Shown here: in pieces, positions 1-9,153 of the stretch | Numbering within the stretch: position 1 is the first letter of the stretch | Layout of the letters: each line of letters opens with the position of its first letter | NCBI GenBank assembly: GCA_964291625.2 | Contig: OZ220090.1 | Span: forward strand, 320,001 to 384,000 | Length of the DNA: 64,000 bases | DNA from: Candidatus Latescibacterota bacterium | GTDB taxonomy: Bacteria > Latescibacterota > UBA2968 > UBA8231 | Reading direction: 5' to 3' | Position numbers and translations under genes: made by a program | Notes under the pieces: generated by a model | The model's input: only the letters and a program-made list of their open reading frames with translations | The model's database searches: none | What the model was told of the DNA's origin: nothing

Positions 1-198
1 CTCGGCGGGGCCGCCCTCGCGGCCGGTGCCCTCGCCGGCGTAGACCGCCTCTGCCGCGGCGATGAGTCCGGCGATCTGGGGCGGGTCCAGGATGCCGGGC
101 AGCGGCAGGTAGCCCTCCCGGTCGAGGTGCGCCTTCTCCGCCGCCGACAGGGTGTCGCGCCGCACGCCCAGGGCCTCCAGGGCTTCGGGGAGCGTCAC
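1..198 (-). CDS. Phytanoyl-CoA dioxygenase (PhyH) family protein, 5' part (runs off window start)
   Basis: Hand translation from GTG at 198: [37 protein letters not shown]..., matching the typical PhyH N-terminus (LSxxEKxxLDxxGYL). Not in the ORF track. Confidence 0.7.
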   Translation of the reverse strand, partial: MTLPEALEALGVRRDTLSAAEKAHLDREGYLPLPGILDPPQIAGLIAAAEAVYAGEGTGREGGPAE

Positions 199-276
199 CG
201 GTCCCTTGTCCCGCCTTCGGTGGGCTTCGCGCTGCCGACCCGGAGTACCTCCAGCCGCCTGGGCCCCCGCTGCCGG

Positions 277-1078
277 CCGCGGCCCTCGGCCGGGTCCGCG
301 CTGGCACACCCGCGCGCCTCCGGGGCCCGGGGCGGGGTGACGCGTGCCCCGCGGCTGGCCCGCGGCCCTCGGCCTGCTCCGGATGCGCCCGGCGCCTCTA
401 GGGCTTCGGGCAGCGTCACGACTCCGTCGATCCGCTGCCAGCAGCCTGGTCCGCCGCGGCGGCGCGCACGTCGTCCTCGGTGATCCGTCCCGTGCGGCCG
501 GTGCCGCGGACCTTCCGCCAGTCGATGCCGAGCTGCTGCGCAAGCCGCCGGGCCCGGGGGCTGATGGCCGGGGCCGAGGCCGCTCCAGCCGTCGCGGAGG
601 ACTCCTGGGCGTCTGCCGCCCCGCCGGCCGGCGTCCCCGCGCCGGCCGGGGTCTGCCGGGGCGCCGAGGGTTCCGACGCTGGCGGAACGTCCGCGGCCCT
701 CGGCCGGGTCCGCGCTGCCACACCCGCGCGCCTCCGGGGCCCGGGGCGGGGTGACGCGTGCCCCGCGGCTGGCCCGCGGCCCTCGGTCCGATCCGGATGC
801 GCCCGGCGCCTCTAGGGCTTCGGGCAGCGTCACGACTCCGTCGATCCGCTGCCAGCAGCCTGGTCCGCCGCGGCGGCGCGCACGTCGTCCTCGGTGATCC
901 GTCCGGTGCGGCCGGTGCCGCGGACCTTCCGCCAGTCGATGCCGAGCTGCTGCGCCAGCCGCCGGGCCCTGGGGCTGATCGCCGGGGCGGAGGACGGGTC
1001 CGCCGTCGCTGGGGGCGCCTGGGAGTCCGTCCCGCCGCCCGGAGCCGCCGTGCTGTCGGCCGGGGTCTGCCTGGGCGC
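277..1078. repeat. Imperfect tandem direct repeat, period 414 bp (copies start at 277 and 691)
   Basis: 277-~580 is nearly identical to 691-~994, and alignable with substitutions to about 664/1078. The unit covers the E3-binding-domain coding end, the stop codon and about 140 bp downstream. Confidence 0.95.
416..721 (-). pseudogene. Second copy of linker plus E3/peripheral-subunit-binding domain (duplication product; may be a small ORF)
   Basis: Encodes [33 protein letters not shown]...STES*, identical to the C-terminus of 830-1378. No lipoyl domain. Confidence 0.55.
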
Positions 1079-1378
1079 ACCGGCCCCCGACCCTGCCGCC
1101 GCCGGCGCCGACGCCGAAGCCGGCGGTTCCTCGCCCTCGGCCAGCAGGTACCCGATGACCGTCCCAACGGCCACCGTGGCCCCCGGGCCGGGAGCGTCCG
1201 CGGGAATGTGCAGCCGCCCGGCGTCGAAGGACTCCACCTCGTTGATCGCCTTGTCCGTCTCCACCGTGAACAGGACCTCGCCGGCCTGCACCGCCTCGCC
1301 CGGCTTCTTCAGCCACTCCACGAGGGTGCCCTCCTCCATGGTCCAGCCCAGCCGGGGCATGACGATCTCGACGGCCAC
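830..1378 (-). CDS. Lipoyl domain plus E3-binding domain protein (E2-like, no acyltransferase catalytic domain)
   Basis: GTG at 1378; MPRLGWTMEEG and lipoyl-lysine motif ETDKA; Ala/Pro linker; binding-domain motif SPRARRLA...GTGRTGRI...DV; stop after about 182 aa. Confidence 0.85.
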   Translation of the reverse strand: MAVEIVMPRLGWTMEEGTLVEWLKKPGEAVQAGEVLFTVETDKAINEVESFDAGRLHIPADAPGPGATVAVGTVIGYLLAEGEEPPASASAPAAAGSGAGAPRQTPADSTAAPGGGTDSQAPPATADPSSAPAISPRARRLAQQLGIDWRKVRGTGRTGRITEDDVRAAAADQAAGSGSTES

Positions 1379-1380
1379 GG

Positions 1381-2364
1381 CTACTCCTCGGCGAGGGCGC
1401 GCACGGCGTCGGCCACGTGATCGGCGGTCGGCGCCACCGCCGCCTCCAGGGGGGCGCTGTAGGGGGTCGGCGCGTGGGTGCCGTTGAGGCGGCGCACCGG
1501 GGCGCCCAGGTCGTCGAAGCCGTGCTCCATCACCCGGGCGGCGATCTCGGCGCCGACGCCGCAGGGGCCGAAGGACTCGTCGGCCACCAGCAGCTTCCCG
1601 GTCTTGCCCAGCGACGCCAGGATCGTCTCCAGGTCGAGGGGGGCGAGGGTGCGCGGGTCGATGACCTCCACCGAGACCCCCTCGGCGGCGAGGGCGTCGG
1701 CGGCCTGCAGGCTCCGGGGCACCATGGGGCCGATGGCGACGACGGTGACGTCCGAGCCCTCGCGGCAGAGGCGCGCCTGGCCGAAGGGGATCTCGAACTC
1801 CTGCTCGGGGACCTCGCCCCGCAGGCCGAGGAGGGACTTGTGCTCCAGGTAGATCACCGGGTCGTCGCCGCGGAGGGCGGAAGCCATCAGCCCCTTGGCG
1901 TCGTATGGCGAGGCCGGCACGGCCACCCGCAGGCCGGGAACGTTGACGAAGAGCGGGTAGTAGCTGCCCGAGTGGTGGGTGGCGTGGCCGCCGCCGATGC
2001 CGACGCAGCCGCGCAGGAGCACGGGCATCCGCAGGCGGCCGCCGGACATGTACTGGATCTTGGCGATCTGGTTGGTCAGCTCGCCGGCGGCGTCGAGCAG
2101 GAAGTCGACGAACATGAAGTCGACCACGGGGCGGGTGCCGGTCATGGCGGCGCCGGCGCACAGGCCGACGAAGCCGCGCTCGCAGATCGGCGTGTCCCGC
2201 AGGCGCCGCGGGCCGAAGCGCTCGTAGAGGCCGGTGGTGGTGTTGAAGTTGCCGCCGCGCTCGCCGATCCCCTCGCCGAGGACGAAGATCGTCGGGTCCC
2301 GCTCCATGGCCGCGGCCAGGGCCTCGCGGGCGGCCTCGGTGTAGGTGATCCGGCGGCCGGCCAT
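1381..2364 (-). CDS. 2-oxoacid (pyruvate/acetoin) dehydrogenase E1 beta subunit
   Basis: DTPICERGFVG, IYLEHK, EVIDPRTLAPLD transketolase-like motifs; ATG overlaps the E1 alpha stop (TGATG). Confidence 0.93.
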   Translation of the reverse strand: MAGRRITYTEAAREALAAAMERDPTIFVLGEGIGERGGNFNTTTGLYERFGPRRLRDTPICERGFVGLCAGAAMTGTRPVVDFMFVDFLLDAAGELTNQIAKIQYMSGGRLRMPVLLRGCVGIGGGHATHHSGSYYPLFVNVPGLRVAVPASPYDAKGLMASALRGDDPVIYLEHKSLLGLRGEVPEQEFEIPFGQARLCREGSDVTVVAIGPMVPRSLQAADALAAEGVSVEVIDPRTLAPLDLETILASLGKTGKLLVADESFGPCGVGAEIAARVMEHGFDDLGAPVRRLNGTHAPTPYSAPLEAAVAPTADHVADAVRALAEE

Positions 2365-3335
2365 CAGGATCCGCCTCCGTACACGTGGTCGCTCACGGTG
2401 GCCGGGTCCGGCCATGGGCTGCTCTCGGCGAAGGCGGCGGCCTCCTCGATCTCGGCGTCCACCTCGGCGGCGACCGCCTCCAGGTCGTCCGCCGAGGCCG
2501 CGGAACCGTCCAGCAGGGCATGCGCCAGGAGGGGGATCGGGTCCCGTTCCCTCCAGCTGTCGATCTCCTCCCGCGAGCGGTAGCCGCCGTCGCCCATGCC
2601 CTCGGCGTGGGGCCGCGTGCGGTAGGTACGGCACTCCACCAGGGAAGGGCCGCCGCCGGACCGGGCCCGCTCCACGGCCGCGCCGGCCGCCGCGTACACG
2701 GCCAGCACGTCGTTGCCGTCGACGCACTCGCCCGGCATGCCGTAGCCGGCGGCTCTTCCGGCCACGTCGGTGTTGCGCGCCGCGTAGTCGAAGGGGACCT
2801 CGGTGGCATACATGTTGTTCTCGCAGACGAAGAGCACCGGCAGGTCCCAGATGGCGGCCAGGTTCAGCCCCTCGTGGAAGGCGCCGTTGCCCACGGCCCC
2901 GTCGCCGAAGAAGGCGACCCCCACCCGGTCGGTCTCCAGCAGCTGGAAGGAGTAGCCGGCGCCGGCGGCCTGCAGGATGCAGGGTCCGACGATGCCGCTG
3001 GTGCCCATCATGCCCAGCTCCGGGGCGAAGAGGTGCATGCTGCCGCCGCGGCCCCCGGAGCAGCCCGTGGCCCGTCCGAAGAGCTCGGCCATCAGGGCCC
3101 GGGGCGGCACCCCCTTGGCCAGGGCGTGGCCGTGGCCGCGGTGGGTGCTGAAGACGGCGTCGTCGTGGCGCAGGTGGGCGCAGACCCCGGCGGCGACCGC
3201 CTCCTGGCCGACGTAGGTGTGGCAGGCGCCGGTGATCCGGCCGGCGGCGTACGACCGCGCCAGCTGCTCCTCGCAGCGGCGGATGCGCAGCATGGTGCGG
3301 TAGAGGTCCAGCTGGACGGCAGGGGAGGGGGTCAT
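2364..3335 (-). CDS. 2-oxoacid dehydrogenase E1 alpha subunit (TPP-dependent)
   Basis: GQEAVAAG, STHRGHGH, GRGGSMH, TPP motif GDGA...ENN, TYR..H. Confidence 0.93.
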   Translation of the reverse strand: MTPSPAVQLDLYRTMLRIRRCEEQLARSYAAGRITGACHTYVGQEAVAAGVCAHLRHDDAVFSTHRGHGHALAKGVPPRALMAELFGRATGCSGGRGGSMHLFAPELGMMGTSGIVGPCILQAAGAGYSFQLLETDRVGVAFFGDGAVGNGAFHEGLNLAAIWDLPVLFVCENNMYATEVPFDYAARNTDVAGRAAGYGMPGECVDGNDVLAVYAAAGAAVERARSGGGPSLVECRTYRTRPHAEGMGDGGYRSREEIDSWRERDPIPLLAHALLDGSAASADDLEAVAAEVDAEIEEAAAFAESSPWPDPATVSDHVYGGGS

Positions 3336-3337
3336 GC

Positions 3338-4153
3338 TCACCCCGTGATCCCCGGCCCGCCGGGGTAGGAGGCGCCGGCGTTCATGGCGAGGTTGCCGCC
3401 GTCCACGGGCAGCAGGACCCCGGTGACCCAGCGCGACGCGTCCGAGGCCAGGAAGACGGCCGCCCCCTTCACGTCGTCGGGCTCCCCCAGGCGGCCCCGG
3501 GCCAGGCCCCGCAGCCACTGCTCCTCCATGCGCGGTTCCCGCTCGATGCGCTCCCGCAGGTGGGGGTTGAGGATCTGCGCCAACAGGATGGCGTTGACCC
3601 GCACGCCGCGGCTGGCCCACTCGGTGCTCAGCTCGCGGGTCATCTGGGCGACGCCGCCCATGGCGGCGCTGTAGGCCATGTGGCCTCGGCCCATGGCGGT
3701 CAGGCTGGCCAGGGAGCCGATGTTGATGATGCTGCCCCCGCCGGCGGCGAGCATGCGGCGCCCCGCCTCCTGGCAGCAGCAGAACCGCCCCACCACCAGC
3801 CCCTGGAGCGACTCCTTCACGTCCTCCAGGTCCAGCTCCTCAGGCGGCCCCAGGACGATCCCGCCCCCGGCGACGTTGGCTACGGCGTCGATGCGGCCGA
3901 ACTCGCGATCCAGGCGCTCGAACATGGGCCGGATCTGCTCCGGGTCGGAGACGTCGCAGCGCACCGGCACGGCGCGCCGGCCGAGGGCCTCGACGTCGGC
4001 GGCGGTCGCTTCGGCTCCGGCCTCGTCGAGGTCGGCCAGCATCAGGTCGGCGCCGGCCTCGGCCAGACCCAGGCCGATGGCGCGGCCGACGCCCCGGGCG
4101 GCGCCCGAGACCAGGGCGGCGCGCCCGCTCAGATCGAACAGGGACTGGGTCAT
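3338..4153 (-). CDS. Short-chain dehydrogenase/reductase (atypical YxxxM active site)
   Basis: LFDLSGRAALVSGAARGVG, GSIINIGS, LPVDGG; YSAAM in place of YxxxK. Confidence 0.88.
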   Translation of the reverse strand: MTQSLFDLSGRAALVSGAARGVGRAIGLGLAEAGADLMLADLDEAGAEATAADVEALGRRAVPVRCDVSDPEQIRPMFERLDREFGRIDAVANVAGGGIVLGPPEELDLEDVKESLQGLVVGRFCCCQEAGRRMLAAGGGSIINIGSLASLTAMGRGHMAYSAAMGGVAQMTRELSTEWASRGVRVNAILLAQILNPHLRERIEREPRMEEQWLRGLARGRLGEPDDVKGAAVFLASDASRWVTGVLLPVDGGNLAMNAGASYPGGPGITG

Positions 4154-5217
4154 CCTTCCTCCAGGAGGGCGGGGTCGTGGGGCTTCAGCGGCACCCGGGG
4201 CACGACCTCGGGGTTGACGACTTGATCGGGGCGGGGCATGTGGCCGTGGAGCACGCAGGCCAGGTTCTCGACGCTGCCGGTGGCCACGTCCCGCGTCGAC
4301 TCCACCGAGAGGGCCGAGACGTGGGGCGTGGCGATGACGTTGGGGGCGGTGATGAGCGGGTGGGTGGGCACCTCCTCGGTCTCGCCGAAGATCTCGATGA
4401 TGCCGAAGGTGTCGAGGCCGGCGCCGCCGAGGCGTCCGGAGCGCAGCAGCTCGGCGAGGGAGTCCTCGTCGACGATGTCGCCCCGCGAGGCGTTGATCAG
4501 GTAGGCGCCGGGCTTCATGCGCTCTAGGCGCCCGCGGTCGATGAGCCCCCGGGTCTGCCCGGTCAGGGGCAGGTGGAGGGAGACGAAGTCCGAGCGCTCC
4601 AACAGCTCGTCGAGATCGATCATGTCGACGCCGAGCTGGTCGGCCTCGGGCGAGGGCCGGTCCATGTCGCGGCGGGTGGCGATCACCGTGAGGCCGCAGG
4701 GCAGGGCGCGGCGGGTCACGGCGATCGCCGAGGCGCCCCAGCCGACGAGGCCCAGGGTGAGACTGGACAGGCGGCGCAGGGCCAGGGACTCGGCGCGGGC
4801 CTGGCGGAAGGCGCCGTCCAGCATGTGGCTGGCCATGCGCGGGATCCGGCGGCCGAGGGAGAGGATCATGGCCATCACGTGGTCGGCCATCTCCTCGGTG
4901 CTGAAGTCGGGGACGTTGGAGACGACGATGCCGCGCTCGGTGGCGCGGACCACGTCGATGCGGTCGGTGCCGTTGCCGATGCGGGAGATGAGGGCGCACC
5001 GATCCAGGCCGTCGACGACGGCGGCGGGCAGTTTGGCCGAGACCACGCAGACCGCGTCGGCGTCGCGGACGTGGGGCAGGATCTGCTCCGGCTCGGCGGC
5101 CTCGACCTCCAGCGGGCACACCCCGAGGCTCTCGAGGAGCCGGCGCTCGGTCTCGGACATGGGGAACAGCTCCGCGTTGAGGCGGACCACCCGGGCCTCG
5201 GAAGGTGATGGCGGCAA
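4150..5217 (-). CDS. D-isomer-specific 2-hydroxyacid dehydrogenase (SerA/CtBP-like)
   Basis: SNVPDFSTEEMADH, SDFVSLHLPLT, MKPGAYLINASRG, IATPHVS. TTG start at 5217 chosen because GGAGG lies upstream. Confidence 0.88.
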   Translation of the reverse strand: MPPSPSEARVVRLNAELFPMSETERRLLESLGVCPLEVEAAEPEQILPHVRDADAVCVVSAKLPAAVVDGLDRCALISRIGNGTDRIDVVRATERGIVVSNVPDFSTEEMADHVMAMILSLGRRIPRMASHMLDGAFRQARAESLALRRLSSLTLGLVGWGASAIAVTRRALPCGLTVIATRRDMDRPSPEADQLGVDMIDLDELLERSDFVSLHLPLTGQTRGLIDRGRLERMKPGAYLINASRGDIVDEDSLAELLRSGRLGGAGLDTFGIIEIFGETEEVPTHPLITAPNVIATPHVSALSVESTRDVATGSVENLACVLHGHMPRPDQVVNPEVVPRVPLKPHDPALLEEG

Positions 5218-5330
5218 ACGGCGGATCCTCCGGAGGACAGCGATGTCCGCCGGCCGGACGCCGGCGGCGGACGCGGGCGACAAGGTAGTGAGCCGGCCGG
5301 GAGCCGGAAACGCGCCCGCAGCCCGCGGCT

Positions 5331-6542
5331 TCAGGCCCAACCGGCGATGAAGCTGTCCACGGTGAGGGACTCGGGGACCTCGTTGAAGAAGTAGCGCGAC
5401 GCCCGCCCCTGGAAGCCGGGGACGGTGTGCTCCTCCTCGCCCTGCATGCTCCGGTCGACGGGCTCGAAGCGCGCCCACAGGGCCTTCGCCTCCGCCTCCG
5501 AGAAGCGGTCGCCCAGCCGCCGGCCCCACTGCAGGGTCATGGGGTGGACCATGGCCGCGAACTTGCGGTCCTTCTGCGGCAGACTCTCGAAGTCGGGATG
5601 GTGCAGGTTGCGGATGTCCCGGGCCGACTTGCTCAGGAAGATCGTGCTCTGTCGCTTGGCCATGGGGCCCGAGCCGGGGTGCAGCTCCTCCAGGGCGCGG
5701 TGGTAGCCCGGGCCGTCGCCTTCCAGGACGGCCCTCAGGGCGGCCTCCACGTGGTCGACGGCGAGGTCGCTGCGCCGCCGCCAGCGCTCGAAGGTGGCCT
5801 GCGCCCCGGGCGAGAGATGCTCGCAGAAGCGCGGGTCAGGGTAGTGGGTGAAGTTGGAGAAGCCGCCGTGGATGACGCGCCGCAGGCGGGTGCTGTAGTC
5901 GCTGGCCCAGTGCAGGATCGGCAGGATGTAGGCGACCCCGTCGCCGGCGGCCAGGTGGGTCTGCACGCCGCTGTCGAGAGGGGCGCGGTCGTTGCGGCTG
6001 AGTTGCTCCGCCTCCTCCGGCGTGTTCGGCCGCAGGTGGCTGCCGGGCACTACCCAGAGGACGTCGTCGTCGTAGAGGGTGAGGTTCCACTGCACGTAGC
6101 GGGGGCCGTTCTCGCGGATGTCCTCGGCGTAGCCCATGACCGAGGAGCTGTGGCCGGGGGCGAAGTCCCGGTGCCAGCGCGCCGGCCCGTGATCGCGCAC
6201 CGGGCTGCACATGAGCATCATCTCCGTCACCGCGGCGTCCTCGACGCCGAGGAGCCGGCTGCTGACGCCCTGGGTGTTTTCGTGGAGCCAGATCTCGATG
6301 GCGCCGGCGGTGGAGGCGTCGATCTCCCCGGCCATACCGCTCAGGGCCAGACGCGGCTGGGCGCCGGTCTCCCAGTGGCCGCCCGGCGGGTCTTCGGGGG
6401 CGCGGTCCCGGGCCCAGATGGCGCGCTGGCGGTCGACGAGGATCTCGTAGACGCGGCGCAGCTCCTCGAGCTGGTCGGGGGGGATGACCTGGCGGAGGAT
6501 GACGTAGCCCTCCTCGAGAAAGCGCTGGCGGTCCACCTCCAT
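5331..6542 (-). CDS. PhyH-family Fe(II)/2-oxoglutarate dioxygenase with C-terminal extension
   Basis: FLEEGYVILRQVI, WHRD, LWVVPGSH, ILHWA. Confidence 0.85.
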   Translation of the reverse strand: MEVDRQRFLEEGYVILRQVIPPDQLEELRRVYEILVDRQRAIWARDRAPEDPPGGHWETGAQPRLALSGMAGEIDASTAGAIEIWLHENTQGVSSRLLGVEDAAVTEMMLMCSPVRDHGPARWHRDFAPGHSSSVMGYAEDIRENGPRYVQWNLTLYDDDVLWVVPGSHLRPNTPEEAEQLSRNDRAPLDSGVQTHLAAGDGVAYILPILHWASDYSTRLRRVIHGGFSNFTHYPDPRFCEHLSPGAQATFERWRRRSDLAVDHVEAALRAVLEGDGPGYHRALEELHPGSGPMAKRQSTIFLSKSARDIRNLHHPDFESLPQKDRKFAAMVHPMTLQWGRRLGDRFSEAEAKALWARFEPVDRSMQGEEEHTVPGFQGRASRYFFNEVPESLTVDSFIAGWA

Positions 6543-6634
6543 GATCCGGGATCCTCCTCTTTCTGGCGTGCAGGGCTGCCTGTGGCACCATAGGTTGTCG
6601 AACGACCCGAGGTCAACCTGCCGAAGGAGAGACC

Positions 6635-7003
6635 GTGACCGACCTGCCCATCGCCAAGGAACCCTTCTACAGCACCACCCGCCGCGCCGGCGACACCCTC
6701 TACCTGTCCGGCTTCGGCCCCGTCGACACGAAGATGAACGTCGTCGGCCGGGACATCGCCGAGCAGACGCGGTACACCATGCAGCTCATGGTGCAGGCCA
6801 TGAAGAAGGAGGGAGCCACCACCGCGGACCTCGTGCGGGTGAACGTCTTCCTCCTCGACATGGCCGACCGCGACGGCTTCAACCGCGCCTACATGGAGTT
6901 CTTCGACGGGCCGCCCATGCCGACGCGGCGGCTCATCGGCGCCGGCGATCTCTTCAAGGGGATCCTTGTCGAGATCGACGGCATCGCCTGGCTGGGGGAT
7001 TGA
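6635..7003 (+). CDS. RidA/YjgF/YER057c family protein
   Basis: YS...RAGDTLYLSG, VNVFL, FN..Y.EFF...P.R, LVEID; RBS AAGGAGAG upstream. Confidence 0.88.
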   Translation: MTDLPIAKEPFYSTTRRAGDTLYLSGFGPVDTKMNVVGRDIAEQTRYTMQLMVQAMKKEGATTADLVRVNVFLLDMADRDGFNRAYMEFFDGPPMPTRRLIGAGDLFKGILVEIDGIAWLGD

Positions 7004-7006
7004 CAG

Positions 7007-7948
7007 ATGACCACGAGAGTCGGATCGGGGGACCACCGCTTCGAGGAACGGCACGACTGGCCGCGGCTGCCGGAGGGCTGGAGCTTCCGCGAGGTCGTGG
7101 ACGTGGCCGTGGACGGGCAGGACCGGGTCTGCGTCTTCAGCCGGGGCCCGCAGCCGGTCATGGTCTTCGAGGCCGACGGCACCCTGACCGGGGCCTGGGG
7201 CGAGGGCATGTTCACCCGCCCCCACGGCCTCACCGCCGGACCGGACGGCGCCCTCTGGGCCGCCGATGACGACGGCCACTGCGTGCGCCGCTTCACCTGG
7301 GACGGCGAGCTGCAGCTGACCCTCGGCACCCCGGGACAGGGTTCGGCGGTGCACAGCGGAGACCCATTCAACCGCCCCACCAAGGTCGCCGTCGACCCCC
7401 GCTCCGGCGCGATCTACATCGCCGACGGCTATGGCAACGCCAGGGTCCACAAGTACTCCCCCGAAGGCGAGCACCTGCTCTCCTGGGGCGAGTTCGGCAC
7501 CGGCCCCGGGCAGTTCAACCTGGTCCACAGCGTCTGCACCGACGACGCCGGCCGCGTCTACGTCGCCGACCGCGAGAACCACCGCGTCCAGATCTTCGAC
7601 GACCAGGGCGCCTACCTCGATCAGTGGAACGACATGCACCGCCCCTGCGGCCTCCTGGTCTCCGGGGACCGGGCCTACGTCGGCCAGTTGCCCAGCCACC
7701 TCGACGTCAACGCCGCCTACCCGAACATCGGCGCCTGCGTCACCATCCACGACCTCCAGGGGAACCAGCTCGCCCGCCTCGGCGGGGCGCATCCCGGCGA
7801 GGGGCCGGGGGAGTACACGGCGCCCCACGGCTTGGCCGTGGACTCGCGGGGGGATCTCTACGTGGGGGAGGTCTCGTGGAGCGCCTGGGGCCGGCGGTTG
7901 GATCCGCCGCGGCTGGTGCGCTGCTTCCGGAAGCTGGTTCGGGTGTGA
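7007..7948 (+). CDS. NHL-repeat protein (peptidyl-alpha-hydroxyglycine lyase-like beta-propeller)
   Basis: FTRPHG, FNRPTKVAV, IADGYGNARVHKY, VYVADRENHRVQIFD repeats. Confidence 0.9.
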   Translation: MTTRVGSGDHRFEERHDWPRLPEGWSFREVVDVAVDGQDRVCVFSRGPQPVMVFEADGTLTGAWGEGMFTRPHGLTAGPDGALWAADDDGHCVRRFTWDGELQLTLGTPGQGSAVHSGDPFNRPTKVAVDPRSGAIYIADGYGNARVHKYSPEGEHLLSWGEFGTGPGQFNLVHSVCTDDAGRVYVADRENHRVQIFDDQGAYLDQWNDMHRPCGLLVSGDRAYVGQLPSHLDVNAAYPNIGACVTIHDLQGNQLARLGGAHPGEGPGEYTAPHGLAVDSRGDLYVGEVSWSAWGRRLDPPRLVRCFRKLVRV

Positions 7949-8030
7949 GGGAAGCCGGAGCGGCCGGGGCTACTCGACCAGTGCTTCTCTGTTGACGCGG
8001 CTGCTGAGCCTTTACCATGGCGGCAGCAGG

Positions 8031-9104
8031 ATGAACAGTTGGACGTTAAGGGAAGTCAAACCGGTTGATTCCCGGCGCCTACCGAACGAGCATGATCTGG
8101 CACATGCTGTCTCCTTCTTTCTTCAGGATGAGCTCTCTGGCCTCTTGCTCGAACTGGAGAGGTCAGACTCGCTGTCCGTTCCCTTCGAACTGACCGAGGG
8201 GGAAGGCGAAGAGCTCGATGGCCTTTCCGGGGAGCAACTATGGGAGTGGCTCGTTCGCTCAGATAGGGCGGACATCGTCGTTGACCTGACCTACCGCCAG
8301 CTCACTGCCGCCGTTGTGGCGGATGCTTGCCATTTCCTATGTGAGTCCCTGCTCGCCAGTGGAAAGGGAAAGCTCACCGTAGCCTATGCCCTACTCCGCA
8401 AGCCGTTCAAAGAGAACCTCCTGTTGCTCGAGTGGCTCTGCGCATCACCCGGGGATCTTCTTCAGAGATTCAACGGGGAATCCATTGGCCCATATGTGCT
8501 CAACCACCTGCCCAAGGAGAAGCGCCTGGAGATAATCCAAGCAGCGGTTACAGCCGTGGACCTTCCGGGAATCGATGCACAGATGCTCTGGTTGATCCGA
8601 TACGACAAGAGATCCCCACGAAGCCTTGAAACCCTCTGGACCAAGGGCACGCATCTGGTCACATCAGTACATGCGTCTGCTACCGAGCCTGGGCATCTGA
8701 ACTTTGTTTTCTCACAGCAAACCGCCATCGAAAGTCAGTGGAAGCATTACTACTCGATCGTGCCGGTGATCCTGCGTTACTTCCTTGCTGTAGCTGAACA
8801 GATCGCAGCTCGTTTTGTTGTGTGGGATGACGAACAACGATCCATTCAGCTCTTTCGTCGGGACCTCGCCCTCCTGCGCTTTGCATCACGGCCTGGGACC
8901 TCGGAGGAACTCCAAGACGATAGCGCTGCAATACTTGCAGATCTAGCTGCCTTCGACTTCAGGTGTGAGAGATGCCACGATGCCGTAGCCGTGGGTGCCG
9001 ATGCCATGGACCGTCTGTGGCTACGGGCAGAAGTGGTGTGCCAGACCTGTGGGCATGCAAACACCCTCTCGGGGGTTCGTGGAAGGGACGAGGAGGAACG
9101 ATGA
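8031..9104 (+). CDS. Hypothetical helical protein, possibly HEPN-like, with C-terminal zinc ribbon
   Basis: ATG at 8031; visibly lower GC than flanks; LLRKPFKENLLLLEWL and WTKGTHL segments; C-terminal CERC...CQTC. Confidence 0.7.
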   Translation: MNSWTLREVKPVDSRRLPNEHDLAHAVSFFLQDELSGLLLELERSDSLSVPFELTEGEGEELDGLSGEQLWEWLVRSDRADIVVDLTYRQLTAAVVADACHFLCESLLASGKGKLTVAYALLRKPFKENLLLLEWLCASPGDLLQRFNGESIGPYVLNHLPKEKRLEIIQAAVTAVDLPGIDAQMLWLIRYDKRSPRSLETLWTKGTHLVTSVHASATEPGHLNFVFSQQTAIESQWKHYYSIVPVILRYFLAVAEQIAARFVVWDDEQRSIQLFRRDLALLRFASRPGTSEELQDDSAAILADLAAFDFRCERCHDAVAVGADAMDRLWLRAEVVCQTCGHANTLSGVRGRDEEER

Positions 9105-9153
9105 CCTGCAGGACAGGGACTGCATGCGATAGTAAGGTCAATGGTTAGCGACG

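Noticed and set aside
830-832. Selenocysteine or readthrough at the E2-like TGA joining the two in-frame binding domains
   Set aside because: An in-frame TAG follows six codons later.
277-1078. CRISPR array or mobile-element repeat
   Set aside because: Only two long copies of coding sequence; no short repeat-spacer pattern, cas gene, terminal inverted repeats or transposase.
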